From: Octopus bimaculoides
Taxonomy: Eukaryota
DNA: 64,000 bases
Direction: 5' to 3'
Assembly (NCBI RefSeq): GCF_001194135.2
Contig: NC_068987.1
Coordinates: 107,072,373 to 107,136,372 of the forward strand
Part shown: piece by piece, positions 1 through 11,260 of the stretch
Layout of the letters: the number at the start of each line of letters is the position of its first letter
How positions within the stretch are numbered: position 1 is the first letter of the stretch
Made by a program: the position numbers and the translations under genes
Notes under the pieces: generated by a model
What the model was told of the DNA's origin: nothing
What the model saw: only the letters and a program-made list of their open reading frames with translations
The model's database searches: none

Positions 1-683
1 AATAATTATGATGCACACTCTATAACTATCTCTATTCTCCCTCTATTATTCTGCTTTCCTTCACCGTTCTCTTTCTCTCCATCTCTCGCCTACTCTCTTT
101 CTCATTGCTCACACGTGACCAGCGGCTATCTTTCTCTTTTCCTCTTGCTTTACAAGATACAAGATGCAGTTAGCTTTGCCTGTCTCCTGTCAAAGATTGT
201 TTCTCCAGCGTTCACCCCTTCACCTCGTTATGGCTTAACGGACCTTACCGTTTGTTTTTTAGTGTTTTGTTCTTACTGTCCTGTTTTTTTTACCACTTTA
301 ACCCTCCGCAAATCCAAAATTTTATTTAATTTGCTTTGCGTGAATGACTGTTTTAATGAAGTCGCTTCTTGTCCCTACGTTCAAATCGTGCAGTAGATAA
401 AACAGGAGGCAACTTATGAAGAGATTATTCTTTATGTTGCCTGTCTCGTTTCTCTATTTGTTTCTTTGGTTGTTCGAAAAATTTCGTATTCCATGTTTTT
501 GTGTTTTTTTTGTTCATGTCTTTTGACGTCTTGTACCCATATATGTAGGTTTGTAAATTTATGTATACACCCCCCCCACACACACACACATATTATTTAT
601 AGTATTATATGATCGAACGCCCCGCATCTATTTCCAACTAAGTTATATATATATATACATATATATATGTATATACGTGTGTA

Positions 684-735
<52 letters not shown>

Positions 736-742
736 TGCACGG

Positions 743-990
743 AGACACAATGACCCAGTGGTTAAGGCAGCGGACTCGTGGTCGGAGGATCGCGGTTTCG
801 ATTCCCAGATCGAGCGTTGTGTGTGTTTATTGAGCGAAACACCTAAAGCTCCACGAGGCTCCGGCAAGGGGGTGGCGGCGGCCCCTTTTGTACTCTTTCG
901 CCCCAACTTTCCCTCACTGTTCCTTGAGTAACGCTGCGATGGACTGGCGTACCATCCAGGTGTGGGAAACATATACGCCATAGAAAAGAG
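743..990 (+). mobile_element. tRNA-derived SINE, family A (head with Arg-type anticodon region), tail type 1
   Basis: Head 'gacacaatgacccagtggttaaggcagcggactcgtggtcggaggatcgcggtttcgattcccaga' has A-box-like and B-box-like motifs. Homologous to copies at 4631-4884 (-) and 37019-37399 (+). Tail is 'cttgagtaacgctgcgatggactggcgt...ccagg'. Confidence 0.85.
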
Positions 991-1409
991 CGGTCGTGCA
1001 AGCAAAAGCGTTTGTAAATCTAATCGGATTGACCTGAACATTTGCGCACCTATGTTAAAAGTGCTGTGAAATTGGCATGGCAACTTTGAGTTTCCTCGAT
1101 AGAAAGGCGTGGCCTCTATGTCAAAATTCCTCATCTTTAAAATATTTCTTAGCATCAAAACATACACAATATCTGCTTCCATCACAGCTCTTAACTGAAA
1201 TTACAATAGTGAATTTCACATGAATAATCTCTCTTGAATTTGAAAATAAACGCTCATCTCTGTGCTGTGAGAGGGACCCCAGTCATTGAAATCTAAATGT
1301 TTGTAAGACTCTCCAGAAGGCCCTACCACTCCAAGCTTTCTAATAAAACTCATATGTCTAATATTGGTTTCATATTTTGGCACAAATCTAGCAAATAATT
1401 CACTTGTAT

Positions 1410-1475
1410 CAGTCCCAGTATTCGGCTGGTTTTTATTTTATCGACCTCGGAAGGATGGAAAGTATAGTCGACCTT
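1410..1475 (-). mobile_element. Short decayed SINE family C fragment
   Basis: 'tttatttatcgacctcggaaggatggaaagtatagtcgacc' resembles the minus-strand middle of the copies at 53786-54000 and 56325-56559. Confidence 0.4.
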
Positions 1476-2162
1476 TGTTGACTGGACAAATTGTTGCCGC
1501 TAAGTATTTTAGTCGGCATGATATTGATTCTGCAAGTTCGCAGATTTCTGTCACATATTTAATATTAGTGATATAAAACGAATCAAAGTTTACAAAAACA
1601 GTATTCTTTGGAGATTGATCGCAAAAATAACAATGCTTTAAGTCGAACAGTAACCAAGTGACATAAAGAAATGAATGAATAAATATATAAACCAAATAAT
1701 TTCAAATTTCACTTCTAATAGTCTTACTCTCACCTTTGTGAGATATAAACCTGCGACCGAACGTGCTATTTTTGAATCCAAATCTGCCTGTTAGTTACAG
1801 AAAAATAGTTTACTAGGAAAATAATATTATAATTTGAACTGAAAGTCAAAATGGCAAATTCAGAAAATATATAAATTCCCCTATCTCTATTTTATGGAAT
1901 CACGTGCGCGTAAGTTGTGCCGTATAACAAATCAATACACTTCTTTGACATATTCAACACAAATTGTTTATAATATATTTTTGAAAAGTAAGAAAAATAT
2001 ACAGAATGATGTGATTCAGTATAATTTGTCATAGCAATAACAGTGCTTCCTCACCTTATGCACCCATATACAAGCACGGGTGTATAAAAATATGCGTGTG
2101 TGCGTATCGATGAGTGTGCGTGTGCGTGTGTGCATGTGTATGTATGTCTGTGTCTGTAAAAA

Positions 2163-2795
2163 TATATGTTGACTGATCAATAAGTACCCGAACTGCTGCT
2201 AGAGTAATGAAGCTAAAGCACGCAGGGAAAAGACTTTGGGTAAAGACTGATCTTGACCTCTGCTGTGCAGATGCCCTATGCTTCAGCGTTCTAGCTTACT
2301 TCCGTTGTTTACAGCAGTGCTTGGAAGAAAGGTGTGTAGCATGTGATAATTGCGTTGCCAATGACAAAGAAAGTTGAGCAGAGAATCTGCATCAAGTTTT
2401 GCCAAAAGCTTTGCAACGCCTGCTCAGTGGCCTACGTTAAGGTTTCAAAATGTTTTCATCGTTCACAACAAAATAAAGGAGATCTTGTGCAACTGAAACC
2501 CAAGTGGTTTTTGGTCAGCTGAAAGCAGTTTTGACACAAACTTGGCAAACACGCGTCTTATACCTAAATCTTCAGTGATAATGGATTGAACTGAACCGTA
2601 ACTCATCTGCACATTCTCTGATAACTCACGGATGGTGATTCAACGATTTCCCCTCACAGCCTCACGCACATCTGCGATGTTTTATTTCCTCAGTTCTGCT
2701 GGTTGCGGGTCTTGCAGAACATTCGTCAATATAGACATTATTTCGGCCATCTTGGAAACTTCTGAACCCCTTTGTACTTAGTGCGCATGCACAGC
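2163..2795. mobile_element. Decayed mariner (Tc1/mariner) 5' fragment with an internal inversion
   Basis: TIR-like 'gactgatcaataagtacccgaactg' near 2170. The + strand from ATG 2361 reads MTKKVEQRICIKFCQKL. The - strand (about 2790 to 2440) reads FQDGRNNVYIDECSARPATSRTEE...ITIRELSENVQMSYGSVQSIITEDLGIRRVFAKFVSKLLSADQK...VAQDLL, matching the mariner HTH region and the WVPHEL-equivalent linker. Confidence 0.8.
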
Positions 2796-3571
2796 AGTCT
2801 TCAAGGTAAAAAAATAAATGAAGAAAGCCAAATCTATCTTCCTTACTACAAGGCCAATTATTTTATGTTTTGTATATTTTTCCCTTTGTATTCGTGTTTA
2901 GTTTCTGATAGCTTTTCTACATACATACATACATACATACATACATACATACTTACATACATACACACACACATTCATACATACATACATAAATACATAC
3001 ATGCATGCATACATACACACATATAAACACACGATTGTATATATGCAACCATATACACAGAGGAAAAAATATATGTTTCTGTATGAATTATGGATGCATA
3101 CATTATATATGTGTGTATCATTATTCGTGGGTTTCTATGAATATTTTGAATGTATATACATGAGTGCACACTGACACATCAACACACATGTTACAAAATA
3201 TTGCAATGCCGTAATGCACAATATACATACACCTAACCAACAAATATTTTCTTAATGTACTAAATATATTGACTTTTTACATTTCATTTGATCTTTTTAA
3301 TCAACAAATATTATTGTTCAAAGTGTAAAACCTTTAAAGTGTCTATTATTTTTGTATCGAATGAATAGTTGAAAGCTTTGACAAGTTGTACGTCTAAAAC
3401 TCTAAGACATCTGTAGACAATAATTCCTCTAGACCTAAAATACAAGTGTGTGTGTATATATNNNNNNNNNNNNNNNNNNNNNNNNNNNNNNNNNNNNNNN
3501 NNNNNNNNNNNNNNNNNNNNNNNNNNNNNNNNNNNNNNNNNNNNNNNNNNNNNNNNNNNNNNNNNNNNNNN

Positions 3572-3602
<31 letters not shown>

Positions 3603-4528
3603 TCTATATATATACATATATATGCGTGTGTGGATGTGTGTATACGTGAGTGTGGATGTATGTGTATGTTAGTGTGTCTGAGTATGAGTATGCCTGTTTG
3701 TCTGTGTATGTATATTTATACTTACACATATATATGTTTGTACGTATGGCTAGATACGGCTGTAAATACACGCCCCCACCAAATTCAAACTCCCGCAAAC
3801 ACACAAATATGTGTGATGAAGTGAAGTAATCAAACTATTTTATATTAAACGCAATTAATCTTAACATAGAAATTCAATAAGGAAAATGATGTGAGTTACG
3901 CGAATGTATAGATCTTTGAATGAATCCTCTTACACCTGAGTCCGCGCGTGTGCAAAGGTGTACGTACACAGCCATACATTCATAGGGAGGGATCGGTCCC
4001 ACTGTGTGGAACTTTGGGCGAGGGTCGCCTACAATTGTGATATGTAAACATGCATGCACGCTCACACACGAACACACACGAACACACGCACACACGCTCA
4101 CACACACACACACACACAAACACATCTAAATTCATATATTCATGCAAATTTATATGTATAAGTGCATATAATAAATTGGATATTTGCACATATATATTCA
4201 TATATATATATATTTATATATATATATATATATATATNNNNNNNNNNNNNNNNNNNNNNNNNNNNNNNNNNNNNNNNNNNNNNNNNNNNNNNNNNNNNNN
4301 NNNNNNNNNNNNNNNNNNNNNNNNNNNNNNNNNNNNNNNNNNNNNNNNNNNNNNNNNNNNNNNNNNNNNNNNNNNNNNNNNNNNNNNNNNNNNNNNNNNN
4401 NNNNNNNNNNNNNNNNNNNNNNNNNNNNNNNNNNNNNNNNNNNNNNNNNNNNNNNNNNNNNNNNNNNNNNNNNNNNNNNNNNNATATATATGTATATACA
4501 CGTATATATACATATATGTGCATATCTC

Positions 4529-4567
<39 letters not shown>

Positions 4568-4630
4568 CCTGTTTAAAATACTATTTAGTCTCATTTAAGT
4601 TATCTTTTCTTTCTTTTTCGTCCTTTTCAA

Positions 4631-4884
4631 GCCTAGCTAGGCTCAAGGGCCCGGCTGGACGGGACGCCTGTCCATTGAAGCGTTACTCAAGGAACAGGAA
4701 GAAAGTGTGAGATAAAACTGGGGCAAAAGAGTACAACAGGGGTCGCCCCCACCCTCTGCCAGAGCCTCGTGTTGCTTTAGGTGTTTTCGCTGAATAAACA
4801 CACAACACCCGGTCTGGGAATCGAAACTGTGGTCCTCCGACCGCCAGTCCGCTGCCCTAACCACTGGCCAATTGCGCCTCCACC
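4631..4884 (-). mobile_element. tRNA-derived SINE, family A, tail type 1
   Basis: Its reverse complement matches 743-990 along the head, body and 'gtaacgcttcaatggacaggcgtcccgtccag' tail. Confidence 0.85.
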
Positions 4885-5104
4885 ATTTAATTTCTATAAG
4901 TGAAAATTTATTCCTACTGGACCTATCGAACTCATATCTATCTCTGTATTCTCTCACTACATATGCCTGTTGTAAGCAAGTCCAGTGGTGTGTACCAATG
5001 CCGCTCTAGTTTGACCATTTGTTCTTTGTGTCTGAATAGGAGTGTGGCAGAAGCATGTTCATAGTGTGCCTGCTTGCTGCAAATGGTCACACATCGATCT
5101 AGCC

Positions 5105-5290
5105 CAGTGACTCTCCACTTGGGACCCGCTGACCTCTGGAGGTTCGCAAAGGTAATACTAAGCGCCCGTGAACTAAATTCAAAATTTCATATATATATAC
5201 ATACATAGTTACATACTTTTATATGTAAATTTAAAGGGCCTCGTGGGGGGAAAAAAACCTCATTTAAATAAAAGGGTCTCGGAACCACTG
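5105..5290. mobile_element. hAT (Charlie-like) MITE
   Basis: Ends are 'cagtgactc' and 'gaaccactg' (CAGTGG-type TIRs). Flanked by an 8-bp near-TSD: atctagcc (5097-5104) and atctaacc (5291-5298), resembling the NTCTAGAN target of Charlie elements. Confidence 0.7.
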
Positions 5291-6532
5291 ATCTAACCCT
5301 TCTGACTCTCATCCCATCACGTGACAGACCAGCCGAGCTGGGGGAATTTAATGTCACCTATATAAGGATCCCTTTACCGCTATATCTCCAGTGAGGTGGG
5401 TTTGCATGATCGAGTTCGTATCTTCAGCAGAGAGCAAGTTTATTTCGCAGGCAGCCTCAGCTATTCTTTGACGCACACTTTTGTTCCTCTCGTCCAGCAA
5501 AATTTATGCTACGCATTTGATTCTACATCGCATACATCATCATTAAGTGCCAACTCCATGTGCAGCTATTGTGTATATATACTGACCGTTCCTTCAAGAT
5601 ATATCTCAACAACTTTATCTATGCACGCAATCGTACTCAAACCAGCTTTATCCATCAACTCAACATCCACCGTTAATGGAGTATGTTAACCGATGTATTC
5701 TTGCTTTTATGAGAGCATGGTACATTTTTCTGTTCTTAACAAACCATAGGAAAATATTAACACATTAGTCTTTTCTTGTCAAATACTGCTTATATTAGAA
5801 CTAAAAATATTTAAATTGATGCTAATGAAGTTTGTTTGCATTTGATTGTAGATTATAATCGGCGAAATCAGCAACAAGACACGAATGAAAACGCAATTTA
5901 TCTGGCAGTACAAGGATGAAAAGCAAATCTATTTACGGCTAAATTTGAACGCAGAAAGCAAAAATCTGTAACAGAATACCAAAAGATATTTCACCAGTTG
6001 AACTGAGGATCCGCTGAATGCAGAGCCTTTACGGTGGAATACCTTTGAAACGTAAAATATACAGAGGGGTAAATAAGGTTTATATATAAAATCATATAAT
6101 AAAAAAAGAATAATCAGTCAGTTCGACGACAGGACACTTACTGTTTCACAGTACCAGTATAAGATATGATCGATTAGACAATAACAGTAAGAAGTGGGGG
6201 GGGGGGGGTGATAAGCTTATAGATAGAGCAGAGAAGAGCTTTATCATTTTCCTTGGTGAAAGGAGATTTTCTATTAAATAAACATATGTTTGATTATATA
6301 CACAGACAATTATACATTCATACAACAAAATTCAAACACACATACAGACAGACACACACAGACATAATTACGAGACAAGTCAGAAAGAGGAAAAGAGAGA
6401 GGAGTGAAAGAGGGAGAGATTACGAACAGGGAATTTCAAATGAAATAGACAAGTTTTACGCAAATCAGACGCACACGCATATGTATGCATGTATTCGTGT
6501 TAATGCGTGTTTGTGTGTGTGTGTATATGTAC

Positions 6533-6571
<39 letters not shown>

Positions 6572-7550
6572 NNNNNNNNNNNNNNNNNNNNNNNNNNNNN
6601 NNNNNNNNNNNNNNNNNNNNNNNNNNNNNNNNNNNNNNNNNNNNNNNNNNNNNNNNNNNNNNNNNNNNNNNNNNNNNNNNNNNNNNNNNNNNNNNNNNNN
6701 NNNNNNNNNNNNNNNNNNNNNNNNNNNNNNNNNNNNNNNNNNNNNNNNNNNNNNNNNNNNNNNNNNNNNNNNNNNNNNNNNNNNNNNNNNNNNNNNNNNN
6801 NNNNNNNNNNNNNNNNNNNNNNNNNNNNNNNNNNNNNNNNNNNNNNNNNNNNNNNNNNNNNNNNNNNNNNNNNNNNNNNNNNNNNNNNNNNNNNNNNNNN
6901 NNNNNNNNNNNNNNNNNNNNNNNNNNNNNNNNNNNNNNNNNNNNNNNNNNNNNNNNNNNNNNNNNNNNNNNNNNNNNNNNNNNNNNNNNNNNNNNNNNNN
7001 NNNNNNNNNNNNNNNNNNNNNNNNNNNNNNNNNNNNNNNNNNNNNNNNNNNNNNNNNNNNNNNNNNNNNNNNNNNNNNNNNNNNNNNNNNNNNNNNNNNN
7101 NNNNNNNNNNNNNNNNNNNNNNNNNNNNNNNNNNNNNNNNNNNNNNNNNNNNNNNNNNNNNNNNNNNNNNNNNNNNNNNNNNNNNNNNNNNNNNNNNNNN
7201 NNNNNNNNNNNNNNNNNNNNNNNNNNNNNNNNNNNNNNNNNNNNNNNNNNNNNNNNNNNNNNNNNNNNNNNNNNNNNNNNNNNNNNNNNNNNNNNNNNNN
7301 NNNNNNNNNNNNNNNNNNNNNNNNNNNNNNNNNNNNNNNNNNNNNNNNNNNNNNNNNNNNNNNNNNNNNNNNNNNNNNNNNNNNNNNNNNNNNNNNNNNN
7401 NNNNNNNNNNNNNNNNNNNNNNNNNNNNNNNNNNNNNNNNNNNNNNNNNNNNNNNNNNNNNNNNNNNNNNNNNNNNNNNNNNNNNNNNNNNNNNNNNNNN
7501 NNNNNNNNNNNNNNNNNNNNNNNNNNNNNNNNNNNNNNNNTATACATATG

Positions 7551-7581
<31 letters not shown>

Positions 7582-7613
7582 CACACACATATATATATAT
7601 ATTTATATATATT

Positions 7614-7649
<36 letters not shown>

Positions 7650-7671
7650 CGTGTGTGTGTGTGTGTGTGTC

Positions 7672-7718
<47 letters not shown>

Positions 7719-7723
7719 ATACT

Positions 7724-7872
7724 GAAGGCGCATTGCTTAGTGGTTAGGGCATTCGACTCACGACTGTAAGGTCATGAGTTCAGTTGCCGATGACACGTTA
7801 TGACCTTTAGCAAGACACTTTATTTTACGTTGTTCCAATCCATCAGCTGGCAAAAATGAGTAGTACCTGTAA
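7724..7872 (+). mobile_element. Truncated tRNA-derived SINE (head plus central domain) ending in a foldback
   Basis: 'aggcgcattgcttagtggttagggcattcgactcacgactgtaaggtcatgagttcagtt' is tRNA-like. It is followed by 'tagcaagacactttattttacgttgttcc...cagctggcaaaaatgagtagtacctgta'. Confidence 0.7.
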
Positions 7873-7901
7873 TACAGGTACTACTCATTTTTGCCAGCTG
7901 A
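7843..7901. repeat. Perfect palindrome, 29-bp arms with 1-nt spacer
   Basis: tcagctggcaaaaatgagtagtacctgta-a-tacaggtactactcatttttgccagctga. Confidence 0.95.
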
Positions 7902-7969
7902 GTGGACGTATGGTAATAAGATTGATTGCCAACTGCATGGTTGCTGATTAAGTTCCACTGCGTGGTAGC

Positions 7970-8020
<51 letters not shown>

Positions 8021-8239
8021 ATATGCAACGGGATATCAAATAGTAGTGCAGTACGACCGTTTCATGTGGCTCCATTTAATTGAACAATGCAATCATTGTA
8101 TCAATTTAAATTCAGGACTATCAGCAACTGCACAAATAAATAGAATTTTAATCAGTTGGACACATTAATTTTTCTCAAATATTTTATCAGAGCAAGATGT
8201 TAGGAATTACTCAGTGTTTGTCGAGCATACAAACAAATG

Positions 8240-8566
8240 ATAGAAACAGAAATCCAATTCAGGAGATTCTTTATTAATCAGAAACATCGTTTCGACCTAT
8301 CTTGCATCGATCACACGCAAGTGAGATATTATACAACTGGTTATGGTGCATCCATAGGTGTCCTGACGAGACGCATCGACAATTAACTCTAGGCAACTAC
8401 CTACGGGCAAATAACGACGTACTATATGATCGAAAAAAGCGAAATCGTGTTCATTGAGCGAAGTGCCAATAACCAGCTGCATAGCATGGCAACCTAGAGT
8501 GTTCAATGCAAGATAGGTCGTAACGATCATTGTGATTAATAACGAATCTTGTGAATTCTGTTTCTC
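8240..8566. mobile_element. Foldback/MITE-like element with long imperfect terminal inverted repeats
   Basis: Left arm 'agaaacaga...aattcaggagattctttattaatcagaaacatcgtttcgacctatcttgcatcgatcacac' is the approximate reverse complement of right arm 'gtgttcaatgcaagataggtcgtaacgatcattgtgattaataacgaatcttgtgaattctgtttctct'. Confidence 0.7.
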
Positions 8567-9694
8567 TCAGTCGTTATATATATATAGATATGTGTGTGTG
8601 TGTGTGTGTGTGTGCGTGCGTGTGTGTTTATAGAACTTAAAGGAATAGGGACTTCGAACCTGGACAGGTACAATATTAGGACTCTGATATAATCCTAGTT
8701 TTTGATAAACATATCGAACGACATAGAACCCACAATCATTTAAGATAAGCAGTTACTCGGTAATGCAGTGGATACATAAATGCCGAGTTCGCTTCCTCTG
8801 ATTTTATACATTGTGCATATATATTTTATACATTATGCATATATATTTTATACATTATGCATATATATATATATATATATATATATANNNNNNNNNNNNN
8901 NNNNNNNNNNNNNNNNNNNNNNNNNNNNNNNNNNNNNNNNNNNNNNNNNNNNNNNNNNNNNNNNNNNNNNNNNNNNNNNNNNNNNNNNNNNNNNNNNNNN
9001 NNNNNNNNNNNNNNNNNNNNNNNNNNNNNNNNNNNNNNNNNNNNNNNNNNNNNNNNNNNNNNNNNNNNNNNNNNNNNNNNNNNNNNNNNNNNNNNNNNNN
9101 NNNNNNNNNNNNNNNNNNNNNNNNNNNNNNNNNNNNNNNNNNNNNNNNNNNNNNNNNNNNNNNNNNNNNNNNNNNNNNNNNNNNNNNNNNNNNNNNNNNN
9201 NNNNNNNNNNNNNNNNNNNNNNNNNNNNNNNNNNNNNNNNNNNNNNNNNNNNNNNNNNNNNNNNNNNNNNNNNNNNNNNNNNNNNNNNNNNNNNNNNNNN
9301 NNNNNNNNNNNNNNNNNNNNNNNNNNNNNNNNNNNNNNNNNNNNNNNNNNNNNNNNNNNNNNNNNNNNNNNNNNNNNNNNNNNNNNNNNNNNNNNNNNNN
9401 NNNNNNNNNNNNNNNNNNNNNNNNNNNNNNNNNNNNNNNNNNNNNNNNNNNNNNNNNNNNNNNNNNNNNNNNNNNNNNNNNNNNNNNNNNNNNNNNNNNN
9501 NNNNNNNNNNNNNNNNNNNNNNNNNNNNNNNNNNNNNNNNNNNNNNNNNNNNNNNNNNNNNNNNNNNNNNNNNNNNNNNNNNNNNNNNNNNNNNNNNNNN
9601 NNNNNNNNNNNNNNNNNNNNNNNNNNNNNNNNNNNNNNNNNNNNNNNNNNNNNNNNNNNNNNNNNNNNNNNNNNNNNNNNNNNNNNNNNNNNNN

Positions 9695-10290
9695 TTTCGG
9701 TTGTGGTTAAGCTCTTTCCCTTTTACCAAACCACTGTTTACGACGTTTAACATTTCGATAGAAGATCTATTATTCTTCACCAGTCACAAGTGTATTCAAA
9801 AAGGGTGAAATGAGTTCGCGAGAATGGAGAGAAAAGGAGCAGATTTCAACTCGGGATGTGCGGTTCCGTTCGGACAATTCATGAGGCACCCATTTTCCAA
9901 CTTTAGGAACCTTTCCAAGTTGTTGAAGATGAAGATGAACACTTGTATGGTTTGAACTAAGCTTTATTGCCAATTCTTCAACTGATAATGCAGGCTTTTC
10001 TTCAAGTAATGCCTCAAGGAACTTGTCATCAAACTCAACTGGACTTCCTGGTCAATCTTCATCTTCGAGGCTGAAATCTCCACTTCTGCATTTTGCAAAC
10101 CATCTTCTGCAAGTTTTTTCATTCAAGCATTCTTTCTCATAAACTGAGAGTATGTTTCGAGTCGATTCAGCTGCAGAGCCTCCTTTGTTGTACTCATAAA
10201 GCATTCTGTGCCTTAAATGCTCTTTGAATACTTCAATGTTAGGATGGGTTTTAATCAAAGACATTTTAAATGTATTATTCTGTAAAATAA
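9695..10290 (-). mobile_element. Mariner transposase pseudogene (N-terminal half)
   Basis: Minus strand reads ...HLRHRMLYEYNKGGSAAESTRNI...RRWFAKCRSGDFSLEDED*PGSP...LGKVPKVGKWVPHELSERNRTSRVEICS...LVTGEE. It contains the WVPHEL motif and a decayed ITGDE first catalytic motif. Truncated by an N gap on one side and a SINE on the other. Confidence 0.9.
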
Positions 10291-10310
10291 TATTAAATTA
10301 GTTTAAATAC

Positions 10311-10472
10311 TCTTTTCTCTTTTACTTGTTTCAGTCATTTGACTGCGGCCATGCTGAAGCACCGCCTTTAGTCGACCAAATCGACCCCAGGACTTATTCT
10401 TTGGATGGCTTGTACTTATTCTATCGGTCTCTTTTGCCAAACCACTAAGTTACGGGAACATAAACACACCAG
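10311..10472 (-). mobile_element. SINE family B, 3' portion (remainder in N gap)
   Basis: 'cttttacttgtttcagtcatttgactgcggccatgctgaagcaccgcctttagtcga...' closely matches 56828-57000. Confidence 0.9.
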
Positions 10473-11141
10473 NNNNNNNNNNNNNNNNNNNNNNNNNNNN
10501 NNNNNNNNNNNNNNNNNNNNNNNNNNNNNNNNNNNNNNNNNNNNNNNNNNNNNNNNNNNNNNNNNNNNNNNNNNNNNNNNNNNNNNNNNNNNNNNNNNNN
10601 NNNNNNNNNNNNNNNNNNNNNNNNNNNNNNNNNNNNNNNNNNNNNNNNNNNNNNNNNNNNNNNNNNNNNNNNNNNNNNNNNNNNNNNNNNNNNNNNNNNN
10701 NNNNNNNNNNNNNNNNNNNNNNNNNNNNNNNNNNNNNNNNNNNNNNNNNNNNNNNNNNNNNNNNNNNNNNNNNNNNNNNNNNNNNNNNNNNNNNNNNNNN
10801 NNNNNNNNNNNNNNNNNNNNNNNNNNNNNNNNNNNNNNNNNNNNNNNNNNNNNNNNNNNNNNNNNNNNNNNNNNNNNNNNNNNNNNNNNNNNNNNNNNNN
10901 NNNNNNNNNNNNNNNNNNNNNNNNNNNNNNNNNNNNNNNNNNNNNNNNNNNNNNNNNNNNNNNNNNNNNNNNNNNNNNNNNNNNNNNNNNNNNNNNNNNN
11001 NNNNNNNNNNNNNNNNNNNNNNNNNNNNNNNNNNNNNNNNNNNNNNNNNNNNNNNNNNNNNNNNNNNNNNNNNNNNNNNNNNNNNNNNNNNNNNNNNNNA
11101 TAAACATGAGTTTATCAAGAATCAAAATATAAAGAAAACAG

Positions 11142-11260
11142 AAAATGGAGAAATATTAATGAATAACAACTGAGTTACATCAATTATTATTTATTTAATG
11201 ATTACTTAATAAATAATAATTGATGTAAGTCATTTACCGTTCATCAATATTTCCCATTTC
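11142..11260. repeat. AT-rich long hairpin (21-bp perfect core arms, imperfect extension)
   Basis: ttacatcaattattatttatt (11175-11195) and aataaataataattgatgtaa (11208-11228) are exact reverse complements. The outer arms pair imperfectly out to about 11142 and 11260. Confidence 0.85.

Noticed and set aside
407-442. Hairpin aggcaac...gttgcct enclosing cttatgaagag, resembling a hammerhead
   Set aside because: The core is mutated and GAAA/stem III is missing at the right place. The region may be a decayed Penelope-like end, but I cannot support it.
5396-5689. Protein-like minus-strand translation with several stops
   Set aside because: No diagnostic motif; family cannot be assigned.
6003-6054. 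CTGAGGA ... GAAACGTA hammerhead-like words
   Set aside because: The intervening sequence cannot form stem II and there is no stem I.
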